From a virus (taxonomy: Duplodnaviria > Caudoviricetes), in IMG/VR virus record IMGVR_UViG_3300010413_001187, positions 2,131 to 66,130 of that record: a stretch of DNA of 64,000 bases; one strand, given 5' to 3'. Position 1 is the stretch's first letter; each line of letters starts with the position of its first letter. Below, piece by piece: positions 40,410-51,391 of this stretch. The notes under the pieces are model-generated. The model was not told the origin of the DNA and did not search any database. It was given only the letters and a program-made list of their open reading frames with translations. A program made the translations under genes and the position numbers.

Positions 40410-41311
40410 TGCCTCGCGCTATACCGATACCTGATAGGATTTCTGTAATCATAGCTATACATAATAGAGCTAATTTATTACGTTATGGTCTAATGGGAAT
40501 ATATGATCAATTTTTAATCAATGATGGCAGAATAGATGTTGAACTAAATATAGCTGATGATGGATCCACAGATGATCTAGACGATCTTTTAGAACAAGTT
40601 AGTGGTGAATATGAATGGGTTGTTAATAAATATACAACAAGTCCATTAGACGAAAGATTTTTTCGCAGATTCAATTGTCCAGCGGCTAAATATAATTTTT
40701 TAGTAGCCGCGAGTTCTGAACCATTTATATTGAAAATAGATCCAGAATTTGTTTTAATAACGAAGGGTTTTGTAGAAGATTGTTTGATTCAATTAAACAG
40801 TGGAGCCTTCATGCCATATTTTTTGATGCCATACCCATATCATGTTTATGATTTTAAATATTCCTCATTAGAAGATATTAAAGAAAAATACAAAGATCAT
40901 GTATATGAAACACACATAAGCCCACAAACTGCACATTACAATAATGTTTATTATGCTTGTATGTTTAGACGAAAAGCATTTATACAGCTTGGAGGGATAG
41001 AGATGCTGTTTTTAGATGGCATAGGTAGTGAAGATGATCATTTTCTTGATCAATGGAGAAGGCATTATGGTAATTATGTTGAAACTCTAATGGGACATAA
41101 AGGCATTCATCTCTGGCATGGAGAGTGGGGTAAGGGAGTACCACAGGAATTATACGGATGGGTAAATAAGAACGCTTCCCTAAGAAAAGATCTTGATAAA
41201 ATTCTTCCCAATAAAGGTGATTTTGCTTCAATAAAATTTCCATTAATACATAAACAAACATGGGAAGACGGAAAAAAACTAGAAGGTAAATATTGGAGAG
41301 TAGATATATAA
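40409..41311 (+). CDS. Glycosyltransferase, GT2 (GT-A)
   Basis: ISVIIAIHNR, ADDGSTD, LGG...GIGSEDD, HLWH. Confidence 0.85.
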   Translation: MPRAIPIPDRISVIIAIHNRANLLRYGLMGIYDQFLINDGRIDVELNIADDGSTDDLDDLLEQVSGEYEWVVNKYTTSPLDERFFRRFNCPAAKYNFLVAASSEPFILKIDPEFVLITKGFVEDCLIQLNSGAFMPYFLMPYPYHVYDFKYSSLEDIKEKYKDHVYETHISPQTAHYNNVYYACMFRRKAFIQLGGIEMLFLDGIGSEDDHFLDQWRRHYGNYVETLMGHKGIHLWHGEWGKGVPQELYGWVNKNASLRKDLDKILPNKGDFASIKFPLIHKQTWEDGKKLEGKYWRVDI

Positions 41312-42243
41312 TGAATATAGCAGCACTTGGCCCCAATTATTCGGATTTGGGGCTTAGCACAATAATAGATGGATTATTAGATTTAGGACACAAAGTATAT
41401 GATGTAGGTGGTGGGGGATTGAATTATATGGAACCATTTACACAGGAATCACCAAAAATTGATTTCTATATGATGGCAGATACTGATAATTTACGTGGTA
41501 TGAGAGAACAATCAGATGTACCAAAGGTTATAGCACATTTACATGATAGGTGGACGGACTATATATCAGTTCCAGACAGCCCAATTAAATATCCTAACAT
41601 GGCTGAAGCTATATTTGATATAATGTTCTATCGTGATTATGACGGCAGTCTGGGGGATGATGTATATCCGATGGAGTTTGGTATTGAACGCAGATTTAAT
41701 GAGGCATGTCAAAATATGATCCCTTTCCCTAATAGAGAGTTTGATATTTCTTTCTATGGCACTAGAGCGACTGCCCAGCGGTGGATGATTCTAGATGATC
41801 TAGCTAAAATGTTCAAATGTGATTTTGGTGATCAATTAAAATTTAAGGAACCAGATGATTACTGGTCCAAATGGGTTAATGGTAGATATGTACATGCCCC
41901 TAAGTATTATGAAGCAATGATGAATTCTAAGATGGTGTTTTGTGGGCTAGGGGCTGGGGCTAGTTGCGGAAGAACTTATGAAGCTTACGCGGCGGGCTGT
42001 GTGCCACTAATACAAAGGTATCCGTCAGAGATAATTCAATTAGTCTCTTTTGAAGACGGACGAAATTGCATACTTTGGTCTACTGCAGATGAATTAAAAT
42101 CAAAAATAAAAGAATGGTTATCAAGTCCTTATGATCTAGTAAAATTAGCAAATTCTTGTTATGTCTTTGGACAGGAGAATTTGCTCTCAAGGCATAGAGC
42201 CCAATATATGCTTGATAAGATGTATGAAAGAGAAGTTATATGA
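41311..42243 (+). CDS. Glycosyltransferase (GT-B, CgeB/Glyco_trans_1_2-like)
   Basis: REFDISFYG, YYEAMMNSK...G.G..CGRTYEAYAAGC, FEDGRNCI. Confidence 0.75.
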   Translation: MNIAALGPNYSDLGLSTIIDGLLDLGHKVYDVGGGGLNYMEPFTQESPKIDFYMMADTDNLRGMREQSDVPKVIAHLHDRWTDYISVPDSPIKYPNMAEAIFDIMFYRDYDGSLGDDVYPMEFGIERRFNEACQNMIPFPNREFDISFYGTRATAQRWMILDDLAKMFKCDFGDQLKFKEPDDYWSKWVNGRYVHAPKYYEAMMNSKMVFCGLGAGASCGRTYEAYAAGCVPLIQRYPSEIIQLVSFEDGRNCILWSTADELKSKIKEWLSSPYDLVKLANSCYVFGQENLLSRHRAQYMLDKMYEREVI

Positions 42244-43040
42244 AATTATCTTTAGTTATGGCTTCCAGCAACAGTGATTTTGGTAATATTATATTTAGAG
42301 ACCCTGAGCCAGCTGTTCCCACGCCTGAGCATAAAAGATTGGAATTGTGTATCTATACTTTGCACGAAGCTTTTAAGGCGGTAGATTATGAAGTTGTGTT
42401 TATTGAATGGAATAGACTAGAGCATAGAAAACCATACAGGGAATATGATTTCATGCAGCACCCTAGAATTCGTGTTATAGAAATTCCTAAATCTTTTAGT
42501 GAAAAAGTATTAGGTACAGACTTACAATTCCATGAGATGTGGGCCAAGAATATAGGGATACGAAGAGCTGTGGGTGAATATATATTAGGTACTAATATAG
42601 ATGTATTATGGCTGTATCCTTTTAAAGAGAGCTTTTTAGAGAGTTGGCCTATGGTTGCCTGGAGATGGAGTGTATATCATCCAGTACTAGATCTGGGAAA
42701 GGATATGGATTCACTTAGGAACTATTGTTTTAATGACCGTAACAGATTAGATCATGATAGAAATAGTAATGGAGATTTTACATTATTACATAAAGAAGGA
42801 TGGGAGAGATTACAGGGCTATTCCATAACTCTAGAAGGATGGGCAGGGCAGGATATGTGGATGGTAAAAAGGGCATCTGATTTCTATCAACGTCTTTACG
42901 AACTTCCATTTCCTATATTTCACATACGTCATCCAGGAGCGCCACTCGCTTCATCATATGGTGTAACTAATATCTCTCCTGATTGGGGAGCACCAAAAGA
43001 GGATTTTTCTGAATGGATAAATGGAGAACAAATCAAATGA
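42240..43040 (+). CDS. Glycosyltransferase, GT2-like
   Basis: LSLVMAS, YEVVFIEWN, AKNIGIRRAVGEYILGTNID, GDFTLL...W..LQGY, FHIRH. Confidence 0.75.
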   Translation: MKLSLVMASSNSDFGNIIFRDPEPAVPTPEHKRLELCIYTLHEAFKAVDYEVVFIEWNRLEHRKPYREYDFMQHPRIRVIEIPKSFSEKVLGTDLQFHEMWAKNIGIRRAVGEYILGTNIDVLWLYPFKESFLESWPMVAWRWSVYHPVLDLGKDMDSLRNYCFNDRNRLDHDRNSNGDFTLLHKEGWERLQGYSITLEGWAGQDMWMVKRASDFYQRLYELPFPIFHIRHPGAPLASSYGVTNISPDWGAPKEDFSEWINGEQIK

Positions 43041-43609
43041 TAATGGATCTATTGGATATAACATCAGTAGTAGCTGCACATGAGATGTGTAAGAATGCAG
43101 CAAGATATAGACCAGAGATGGGAAGGAAAGGTATTGTTGGTTTACTATCTGGAGCATGGGATTTATTTCATTATAGTCATCTGAGAGCTATACAACAGGC
43201 TAGACGGCTATGTGATTTTCTTTTAATAGGGGTTGGCACAGACCGGTTAGTTGGAGAGAATAAAGGTCTTTTAAGGCCTATAATAGTACAGGAACAGAGA
43301 TTAGCTATTGTAGCTAGTCTGAAAGAAGTAGACATAGCTTTCCTGATGGACAGTGAGTTTGATTATGGTGAGGTGGCTCTATCACTAGTAGTACCTTATA
43401 ATGGCGTAATGTTTAAATCCAAAGAATGGTTAGATCAATTAGAAGCTATTCCAGGGTTTGATGAGACTGCTGGATATGATCCTGGATATAATAAAACTGT
43501 CGAAGTAAACCGAATAGGTAATGTTATAATCTTAGATCGAGGGCCTATTAGTACTTCTAGTATAATCTCTGGGATATGTAAAAGATTAGAGGAATATAAA
43601 TGCATATAG
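43037..43609 (+). CDS. Cytidylyl/adenylyltransferase (RfaE domain II / TagD-like)
   Basis: SGAWDLFHYSH, LLIGVGTD..V..NKG..RPI, ISTSSII. Confidence 0.85.
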   Translation: MIMDLLDITSVVAAHEMCKNAARYRPEMGRKGIVGLLSGAWDLFHYSHLRAIQQARRLCDFLLIGVGTDRLVGENKGLLRPIIVQEQRLAIVASLKEVDIAFLMDSEFDYGEVALSLVVPYNGVMFKSKEWLDQLEAIPGFDETAGYDPGYNKTVEVNRIGNVIILDRGPISTSSIISGICKRLEEYKCI

Positions 43610-44271
43610 TTACCGAACATCCCATAGCTCTAGATTCTAATGACCATCTGAAACCATGGGGAGCCATTCAGGATTATGGAGACCCTACTAATTTATGTAA
43701 TTATATGATTACTGAATGGCCAGATAAAAAAACTTTATTAGATTTAGGCACAGCAAACGGTTCAGTAGTTGCTGGTGCAACATTTATGGGCTATGATGCT
43801 TATGGTATAGAAGGATCAGATGCTGCTCGAAAAGGACAAGGAGAGTCTGAGCCATGGGGGATTTATTATAATACTAGACTATTCAATGCCGATTTACGCT
43901 ATCCATTTTATCTTTATAAGACTATGCAGGGATATTTCAATAGAAGATGTGATATACATTATGAAACATATGATCTTCTATGCACATTTTCGTTAATTAC
44001 AGCTTGGGATGTCATGGAACATCTAACTGAGGACACGATTGATGTCACCATGAATAATATAGCTAGGCATAGCCATAGAGGTACATTCTTCTTAGCTACT
44101 ATCCAGTTTGATAATGTTGGTAATAAACTATATCACCATCTACTCAAGCATAGAGAGTGGTGGTTGGCTAAATTTGCAGAATTTGGATTTAAAAATAAAG
44201 GATTTTGTGGTGCTCATGAATTAATGCGTGGGGTTCCACAGCCAAATAGATTTTGGTTTGAAAAAGAATAA
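43600..44271 (+). CDS. Class I SAM-dependent methyltransferase
   Basis: LLDLGTANG, AYGIEGS, ITAWDVMEHL. Confidence 0.85.
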   Translation: MHIVTEHPIALDSNDHLKPWGAIQDYGDPTNLCNYMITEWPDKKTLLDLGTANGSVVAGATFMGYDAYGIEGSDAARKGQGESEPWGIYYNTRLFNADLRYPFYLYKTMQGYFNRRCDIHYETYDLLCTFSLITAWDVMEHLTEDTIDVTMNNIARHSHRGTFFLATIQFDNVGNKLYHHLLKHREWWLAKFAEFGFKNKGFCGAHELMRGVPQPNRFWFEKE

Positions 44272-44292
44272 TTTAATTTTTAGGGACTATTT

Positions 44293-44910
44293 ATGAGAAT
44301 AATTACTAATAAACCTATTGCTTTAGAGTCGGAGGACCATTTGCATCCTGCTGGTGCTCTTGATGACAGGTGGGTAAATGGCAAAGAGTTTTGGTCTATG
44401 TTTAAAGAGGAATTCGGAGGTGGATTTAAAATATTAGACCTTGGTACAGGTGTTGGTCAGATAGTTATTAGTGGGATTGAAGCTGGGTATGATATATATG
44501 GAATTGATGGAACGGATGCCTGTTTAGCTCTGAATACATGGAAGAAGTATCATGGTACTCGACTCTTTTTAGCAGATGTCACTGAGCCATTTACTATTGT
44601 AGACTGGAGTGCAGAGATTATAAAATTCGATTTTATAACTCTCTTTGATTTTCTGGAGCATATTCCAGAAGAAAAATTAGGTGTATTAATAACTAATATT
44701 AAGAAACATTTAAAGAAAGGTGGAACTCTCTTAGGAACTGTAGCACATGATCCAACCCAACGCCAGCATGTAACTAATTATATTCGTGCTTGGTGGTTGG
44801 AGCTATTTGCTAAATATGGATTTGTTGACAAAGGGCACCACGAGATGCTCACAATAGTAAGAAAGGATTCTATACCAAAGAAACATTTTTGGATGCAATG
44901 GGAGGCATAA
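44293..44910 (+). CDS. Class I SAM-dependent methyltransferase (paralog of the upstream gene)
   Basis: ILDLGTGVG, YGIDG, FDFLEHI, HLKKGG; shared N-terminus PIAL.S.DHL.P.GA. Confidence 0.88.
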   Translation: MRIITNKPIALESEDHLHPAGALDDRWVNGKEFWSMFKEEFGGGFKILDLGTGVGQIVISGIEAGYDIYGIDGTDACLALNTWKKYHGTRLFLADVTEPFTIVDWSAEIIKFDFITLFDFLEHIPEEKLGVLITNIKKHLKKGGTLLGTVAHDPTQRQHVTNYIRAWWLELFAKYGFVDKGHHEMLTIVRKDSIPKKHFWMQWEA

Positions 44911-45671
44911 TGGATCTAAAATTTTATAGGAAGGAAATGGAGAAAAAATTCTGGTCTAAATTTAATGAATTAGAGTGGATAAGTAACATAGAAGGAACTA
45001 ATTCTCCCCGAATACAGCATCTAGTTAATCTAGCTGTATCATGCTTGCCGGAAGGAGAGGCATATTTTGAGGTAGGATGTTTAAATGGATCTTCATTAGA
45101 CTCGGCAAATAGAGGAAATGAAGATAAAATAAAATATGCTATGGATATAGAGATCCAGGGTCAGATGCATAATCTGATCAGAACCATGCCTAACTTGCAT
45201 TTTATGCATGGAGATTTTTTTACAGCGGATTTAAATACTTTTTTGAAGCATCCTGTTGGTGTATATTATTATGATGCAAACCATGATTACAAACCCACTA
45301 TGGATGCCCTAGAAAAAATAATTCCCTTTCTAGCTGATAAAGCAATAATATTCATGGATGATATACATGGATACAGTCGTGTATATAATGCATGGAGAGA
45401 CTTCATGAGATCTCACTCAGAACAATTTACTATTGTACATGAGTTCTGGACCGAGGACGAGTTTATCTCGTGCTCATATGGCTATAAGGAAGGCTGGTGG
45501 GATGGATTTGCTATAGCTGAATATCAGAAAGAATTTGAAAGACATGATGAAAATATAGAAGGTATAGCTATAGCTAGATATCATAGAATAGGAGACTATA
45601 GACATAAACCGAAGGTTTTATACCCAGAAGAATTGAAATATATTCATGGCAAAGAGGAGGTTCCTATATAA
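44910..45671 (+). CDS. Methyltransferase (Methyltransf_24-like)
   Basis: YFEVGCLNGSS, YYYDANHDY, IFMDD. Confidence 0.8.
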   Translation: MDLKFYRKEMEKKFWSKFNELEWISNIEGTNSPRIQHLVNLAVSCLPEGEAYFEVGCLNGSSLDSANRGNEDKIKYAMDIEIQGQMHNLIRTMPNLHFMHGDFFTADLNTFLKHPVGVYYYDANHDYKPTMDALEKIIPFLADKAIIFMDDIHGYSRVYNAWRDFMRSHSEQFTIVHEFWTEDEFISCSYGYKEGWWDGFAIAEYQKEFERHDENIEGIAIARYHRIGDYRHKPKVLYPEELKYIHGKEEVPI

Positions 45672-46579
45672 TGAATATCATTTGTACATTCCCATTCTCT
45701 GAAGCATATGAGTTGGATATTCTATTACTGAAATTTAATTTGGAAAACAATTGGGTTTCTGAGTGGATAATAGCAGAAAATGATTATACTTTCATGGGAC
45801 AACCTAAAGGATTCAGTTTAAAAAGATTATTGAACGAGGATGAAAGATTTATTCCATTTAGAAATAAAATAACAGTTATAGAGAAAAGTATTAATCTGAA
45901 ATTAAGTGGTAAGGAGGGAGACTTTTCAATAGGGCATAATCAACGTAATTCTGTAAAAGATTACATAGTCGATAAACATCCTGATGGAACTAGAGTTATT
46001 GTGTGTGATATAGATCAGGCTTATGATTTTGAGGGAGGTTTAAGAACCAAGTCAATGCTTGATTTCTTAACTCAATATAAGGACCAAGCTATATCCTTTC
46101 CTATTATGAAGTTTTGGTACGACATAGATAATTTTGGACACTATCTCAGGCAACATTGTATCAAACCAATAGAGCATATAAAAAGAAGAGATGGTATTGT
46201 TTACTCTGAATCTCCAGGGGCCAGATTTCATGCTCTAGATTATAACCTTAATCAATTTACTATATTCGAATATACTTTTTGTTATTCTAAGAAAGATATA
46301 ATGAGAAAGCTTGATACCTACGGACATTTTCCTTTCAATGAGTATGATGTAAATATAGCTCTAAAATGTAATCATTGGATCAGACGAAGTCAAGTAGGAG
46401 ACGTATGCCCTCCCCCTAGTAAAGAACATAATCCATGGTTTGAAATGGTGGAACTAAATTATGGTAATGCACCACAGTATGTTTTAGAGAATTTTGATTT
46501 ATTAAAAACAAAGAATGTTGATCTAAATTATAAAGAAAATAGAAAAGAACATTATCCTCAGTATTTTAGGAGAGACTAA
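45671..46579 (+). CDS. GT17-like (GnT-III/MGAT3 family) glycosyltransferase, copy A
   Basis: ELDILLLK..LE..V..WIIAENDYTFMGQPK, QRN, CDID, IMRKLDTYGH. Confidence 0.65.
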   Translation: MNIICTFPFSEAYELDILLLKFNLENNWVSEWIIAENDYTFMGQPKGFSLKRLLNEDERFIPFRNKITVIEKSINLKLSGKEGDFSIGHNQRNSVKDYIVDKHPDGTRVIVCDIDQAYDFEGGLRTKSMLDFLTQYKDQAISFPIMKFWYDIDNFGHYLRQHCIKPIEHIKRRDGIVYSESPGARFHALDYNLNQFTIFEYTFCYSKKDIMRKLDTYGHFPFNEYDVNIALKCNHWIRRSQVGDVCPPPSKEHNPWFEMVELNYGNAPQYVLENFDLLKTKNVDLNYKENRKEHYPQYFRRD

Positions 46580-47580
46580 TGAAAGCAATTGTATTAGGAG
46601 GTGCAGGGTATATAGGATCCGTATTGTGTCCGGTTTTATTATATAAGGATTGGGATGTAGTAATCTTTGACAGATTTTTCTTTGGCCGACCAACTATGTC
46701 TAATGGGATTGAATTAGTGCAAGGTGATATTAGATCAATAAATGCAAATCTCTTTGATGACGTAGAGTTAGTTATTGATTTAGCCGGTATGTCTAATGAT
46801 CCTTCTGCAGATTTAGATCCTAAGATAACGAAAGATATTCATTATAGTACTGTAAAGGCTGCTAAGAAAGCTAAGTCTAAAAGAGTCTCTAGATACATAT
46901 ATGCTTCATCTTGCAGTGTATATGGACATGGGGAAGAAAAGCTACTTAAAGAAACCTCCCCAACTAATCCAGTATCTCTATATGCTAAGACAAAATTAAA
47001 AGCAGAGCAGGATTTATTAGCATTATCAGACAAATCTTTCTGTGTTACAATTTTACGTAATGCCACTGTCTATGGACTTTCACCACGCATGAGATTTGAT
47101 TTAGTAGTAAATCTAATGACTCTTACAGCATGGCAAAAAGGACGTATTTATATTATGGGTGGAGGGGCTCAGTGGAGACCATTGATACATGTCGAAGATG
47201 TGGCTAGAGCTTTTATGCTAATTGCTGATAAACCTGTGACTCAGGTACTTAGTCAAATTTTTAATGTAGGGTTTGATGACCAGAATTATCAGATCATGGA
47301 TATTGCTAAACTAATAAAGAGAGTTATGCCAACTGTTGAATTGGAAGTAATACCAGAGGATGCTGATAAAAGAACTTATAATGTTAGTTTTGAAAAATTA
47401 AGAAGACTAGGACTAATTGCTAGAAATGATGTTGAAAAAGGGATTCGTGAGATAAAACAAGCTTTGGAGGAGGGTCTAATCTCTGATACAATAAAAACTA
47501 GAACAGTAAAATATTATCAATATCTAATCGAAGCAGATAAACTATTAGATGAAGTAAAATATAAGGGGAAATTATTCTAA
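46579..47580 (+). CDS. NAD-dependent epimerase/dehydratase (extended SDR), copy A
   Basis: GGAGYIG, YASSCSVYG, YAKTK, RFDLVVN. Confidence 0.92.
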   Translation: MKAIVLGGAGYIGSVLCPVLLYKDWDVVIFDRFFFGRPTMSNGIELVQGDIRSINANLFDDVELVIDLAGMSNDPSADLDPKITKDIHYSTVKAAKKAKSKRVSRYIYASSCSVYGHGEEKLLKETSPTNPVSLYAKTKLKAEQDLLALSDKSFCVTILRNATVYGLSPRMRFDLVVNLMTLTAWQKGRIYIMGGGAQWRPLIHVEDVARAFMLIADKPVTQVLSQIFNVGFDDQNYQIMDIAKLIKRVMPTVELEVIPEDADKRTYNVSFEKLRRLGLIARNDVEKGIREIKQALEEGLISDTIKTRTVKYYQYLIEADKLLDEVKYKGKLF

Positions 47581-48731
47581 TGCAAGTTCCATTTTATAGA
47601 CACAATGTTGGGGAAAAAGAAATAGAGGCTGTTAATGATGTACTACGATCAGTCTTTCTAACAACGGGCGAAGTAACAAAAGAGTTTGAAGAAAAGTTTG
47701 CTAGATATCTTCGAGTAGATTATGTTATAGGTGTATCAAGTTGTACTGAAGCTATGTTTTTACTTCTAAAAGCCCATGATATAGGTGAGGGAGATTTTGT
47801 AATAACAACTCCACTTAGTTTTATTGCAACAGCTAATGCAATAATCCACACGGGAGCCATTCCAAAATTTGTCGATGTTGATTACCGTACAGGCAATATG
47901 GATCTTCGTCAAGTTGGATATGAGATAGATCGTTATAGGGGAGATAAGGATTCTCAGGGTTATGCAGCTGTCATGCCGGTACATCTATATGGCCATATGG
48001 TTGATATGTATAGACTTGAACAGATAGCTGCTAGACATGGTTTAATTGTTATAGAAGATGCCGCGCATTCTATTGAGGCTACGGATGAAAATGGGCACGG
48101 ACCAGCCTGTTTTAGTGTTGGAGCTTGTTTTAGTTTTTATGCAACAAAGAATATAACATGCGGAGAGGGCGGGGCAATAGCAACTAATTATTATAGTTTA
48201 GACCCACAACTAAGACAAATGCGCCTTCACGGTATGACTAAGGGCGCAGCGGACAGGTATAATAAAAAATATACTCATTATGATATGTTAACAATGGGCT
48301 ATAAATCCAATATGACAAATATTCAAGCTGCTATGCTTTTAAATCAATTAGATCATATAGAGGAAAGATTGAAACTACGTGAATCAATATGTAAAAAATA
48401 TGAAGAGGCATTCAAGCCAATAGATGGGATAGATTTCCCTAAAGTTTTGCCTGATTATAGAAGCGCTAGGCACCTATTCACCATTTGGGTAGACCCACAC
48501 AGACGCGATACAATATTGCATAGATTACAAGATGCAGGAATTGGAGTATCTGTTCATTTTAGACCTATTCATTTAATGGAATATTATAAAGATCGATTCG
48601 GGTATAGAAGGGGAGACTTTCCTGTGGCAGAGCGTATTGGCGATTCAACTATTACTCTCCCATTGTATCCTACTCTAACTGATATTGAAGTAGAATATGT
48701 AATTGAACAGACAATTAAGGCAGTAAAATGA
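47580..48731 (+). CDS. DegT/DnrJ/EryC1/StrS PLP-dependent sugar aminotransferase
   Basis: SSCT, PVHLYG, IEDAAH, FSFYATKNITCGEGG. Confidence 0.95.
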   Translation: MQVPFYRHNVGEKEIEAVNDVLRSVFLTTGEVTKEFEEKFARYLRVDYVIGVSSCTEAMFLLLKAHDIGEGDFVITTPLSFIATANAIIHTGAIPKFVDVDYRTGNMDLRQVGYEIDRYRGDKDSQGYAAVMPVHLYGHMVDMYRLEQIAARHGLIVIEDAAHSIEATDENGHGPACFSVGACFSFYATKNITCGEGGAIATNYYSLDPQLRQMRLHGMTKGAADRYNKKYTHYDMLTMGYKSNMTNIQAAMLLNQLDHIEERLKLRESICKKYEEAFKPIDGIDFPKVLPDYRSARHLFTIWVDPHRRDTILHRLQDAGIGVSVHFRPIHLMEYYKDRFGYRRGDFPVAERIGDSTITLPLYPTLTDIEVEYVIEQTIKAVK

Positions 48732-49471
48732 CAATAGTTATACCCATCATAACCATACCACGTAGTGGAACACATTTCACGAATGAAATTATTCGACAAT
48801 ATAGTTTGCTTAAGAATCAACGATTTATTAAATTCTTTTCATCTTATGCTGGTGGCATATCAGAATCTTTTTGTCAACGGGGGCTAGAAGATATAAAAGG
48901 CGAGATAAATGAATATATAGATGATTCTGAATATTTTACTTTTCTAGGCCATTGGTCATATGATGAATCTTTATATGAATTTTTTAGACAATTTAAACCA
49001 ATCTTTGTTTACAGGAATCCTTTAGATGTTGCAGTATCATATCTTGAAGGAGCATATAGTCTTAAACTTGTAGATCCTGTAGCTGGTTTATTAAAACTAC
49101 ATGAGCACAAAATCTCAGCTTATTATAAATTTTTGAGAGGCATCCCGCATATAGATCATCCATGGGCTCGTGGGTTCAGACAGATATTTGAAGATAGATT
49201 GGCTTGGTTAGATAAAGAACTTCTTATTATAAGATATGAAGACCTTCTGCTTAATCCTGATACAATAGCTAAAAAATTATCTAGATATTTGGGCCTTGAA
49301 CTTGAAGGTACTATAATTGCTATAAAGAATGCTACTCATAATCCTGATAGTATTACACTAAGGAACGGCGAAATAGGGGATTGGAAATCTTGTATGCCGC
49401 CTGAAATGCAAGAGATATATATTAAAGAGATAGGAGATATTATTGAGGAGTTGGGATATGAATATAATTGA
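48728..49471 (+). CDS. Sulfotransferase (Sulfotransfer_1/3-like)
   Basis: 5'-PSB PRSGTH, 3'-PB YRNPLDVAVS, IRYEDL, RNGEIGDWK. Confidence 0.88.
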   Translation: MTIVIPIITIPRSGTHFTNEIIRQYSLLKNQRFIKFFSSYAGGISESFCQRGLEDIKGEINEYIDDSEYFTFLGHWSYDESLYEFFRQFKPIFVYRNPLDVAVSYLEGAYSLKLVDPVAGLLKLHEHKISAYYKFLRGIPHIDHPWARGFRQIFEDRLAWLDKELLIIRYEDLLLNPDTIAKKLSRYLGLELEGTIIAIKNATHNPDSITLRNGEIGDWKSCMPPEMQEIYIKEIGDIIEELGYEYN

Positions 49472-50357
49472 TACATTTCCTTATTCTGAGCCTCATGAGC
49501 TAGATATATTATTGATTAAATTTCACCTAGAAGACGCTGGTGTTAATAAATGGATTATATGTGAGAATGATTATACTTTTAGAAATCAATATAAAGGTTT
49601 TACTTTGATAAGTAGTTTAGATACTGATTCTAGATTTGATAAATTTAGAGATAAGATAATTGTGATAGAAAAATCGTACTCATCCACTGTCAATGATTTA
49701 TCGGATGATTTTAAGATAGGAAACAAACAAAGAAAATTTGGACAAGATTATATTGATAATAATTTTGATGATGATACATGGGTAATAATATCTGATGTGG
49801 ATGAAAGTTTCGATTTTAATGATCAGAGAAGTGCTAATCGTATTTATGATGTTCTTGAAAGAGATAGGGATCAGTCGCTTTATTATTTTTCTAGACGTAG
49901 ATATTGGTATGATTTTAATAATTATGCTTTTATCTTATATCACTTTCCTATTATGTCTTTAAGTAAAGCTAGAGGTAATTTGCTTAATCATTCTCATAAG
50001 AAACTATATCCATACAACTTAGACACACCTGTAGGTTTTGAGTATTCATTCTGTTTTAGTTTAGAACACATAATCAGGAAACTAGATACTTATGGTCATA
50101 TTGGTTATACAAGAGAGGATGTTGAATTAGCCTTGAAGTTGAATTGTTGGATGCTGAAATCTTACAAGAAAGAAAGGTTACGAAGCCCTCAATATTATAT
50201 AGATAATAATAGCTTGCAATGTTGGTTTGAAACAATAGAATTAACTGACAATAATTCCCCGGCCTACGTAAGAGAGAATTTGGAATGGTTAAAGACTAAT
50301 GTAGTGGATAAGAATTATATTAATAATAGAAAGGTAGAGTACCCAGAATATTTTTAG
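49458..50357 (+). CDS. GT17-like glycosyltransferase, copy B
   Basis: ELDILLIK..LE...V.KWIICENDYTF, IISDVDE, IIRKLDTYGH; clear paralog of the 45671 gene. Confidence 0.7.
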   Translation: MNIIDTFPYSEPHELDILLIKFHLEDAGVNKWIICENDYTFRNQYKGFTLISSLDTDSRFDKFRDKIIVIEKSYSSTVNDLSDDFKIGNKQRKFGQDYIDNNFDDDTWVIISDVDESFDFNDQRSANRIYDVLERDRDQSLYYFSRRRYWYDFNNYAFILYHFPIMSLSKARGNLLNHSHKKLYPYNLDTPVGFEYSFCFSLEHIIRKLDTYGHIGYTREDVELALKLNCWMLKSYKKERLRSPQYYIDNNSLQCWFETIELTDNNSPAYVRENLEWLKTNVVDKNYINNRKVEYPEYF

Positions 50358-50366
50358 GGAGTTATT

Positions 50367-51386
50367 ATGAAAATTTTGGTTTTAGGAGGGGCTGGTTATA
50401 TTGGGGTGCCTCTAATTAAACGGCTTCTCGATGAAGGTGATATAGTTATATTAAAAGATAGATTCTTATATGGGCGCGATAGTCTATTATGCTTAAAAGA
50501 TTATGCTAATTTGTATGTAGAAAAAACTGATGTGAGAGATGTGCATCATTCTTGGTTTAATAAAGTAGATGCAGTAGTTGATCTGGCTTCTCTTACTGGG
50601 GATCCAGCTTCTAATTTGGTACCTGAGGCTACTAAAGATTTTCATTTGGCTACGGGAAATGTACTACAAATGTCTAAAAAGATGGGTATATCCAGATATG
50701 TTTATGCCTCTTCATGTAGTGTATATGGCGCAGCAAACTTGGATATAGTTAATGAAACTTCTCCTGTTAATCCTGTTTCGCTGTATGCCAGGACTAAACT
50801 AGAAGCTGAGAAATTAGTTATGGGACAATCCACAGATGAATTGGGAGTAGTTTGTTTACGTAATAGTACTATATATGGGCTCGCACCACGTATGCGCTTT
50901 GATCTGGTAGTGAATATCATGGCTCTTAATGCTTGGCAATATGGAAGAGTCGATGTACATGGTGGTGGAACACAATGGAGGCCATTTATTCACGTAGAGG
51001 ACACCGCTAGAGCATTTTTGCTCGCGACTAAAGCTCCTCATGCGGTTGTTAAAGATAAGATATTTAATGTGGGTGATAACGAGCATAATTATCGCATTAT
51101 TGATATAGCTAATATAATAAAAAGTATGAGACCCAGTACCGAAATCATTATCCACAGGGACACAGAGGACCATAGAACGTATAATGTTAAGTTTGATCTA
51201 ATAGAACAGGAGTTAGGCTTTAAAGCAATATTGGGAATTCAAGATGGGGTCTCAGAGATTTGGAATGCTTTGGATAATGGACTGGATTATAATGATATTA
51301 GAACTAGTAACGTTAAGTATCTAGAGCATCTTTTACAATTGGAATCTTTTATAGATAAACTAAAATATAAAGGCAGAATTTTATAA
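50367..51386 (+). CDS. NAD-dependent epimerase/dehydratase, copy B
   Basis: GGAGYIG, YASSCSVYG, YARTK, RFDLVVN; paralog of the 46579 gene. Confidence 0.92.
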   Translation: MKILVLGGAGYIGVPLIKRLLDEGDIVILKDRFLYGRDSLLCLKDYANLYVEKTDVRDVHHSWFNKVDAVVDLASLTGDPASNLVPEATKDFHLATGNVLQMSKKMGISRYVYASSCSVYGAANLDIVNETSPVNPVSLYARTKLEAEKLVMGQSTDELGVVCLRNSTIYGLAPRMRFDLVVNIMALNAWQYGRVDVHGGGTQWRPFIHVEDTARAFLLATKAPHAVVKDKIFNVGDNEHNYRIIDIANIIKSMRPSTEIIIHRDTEDHRTYNVKFDLIEQELGFKAILGIQDGVSEIWNALDNGLDYNDIRTSNVKYLEHLLQLESFIDKLKYKGRIL

Positions 51387-51391
51387 GTAAT

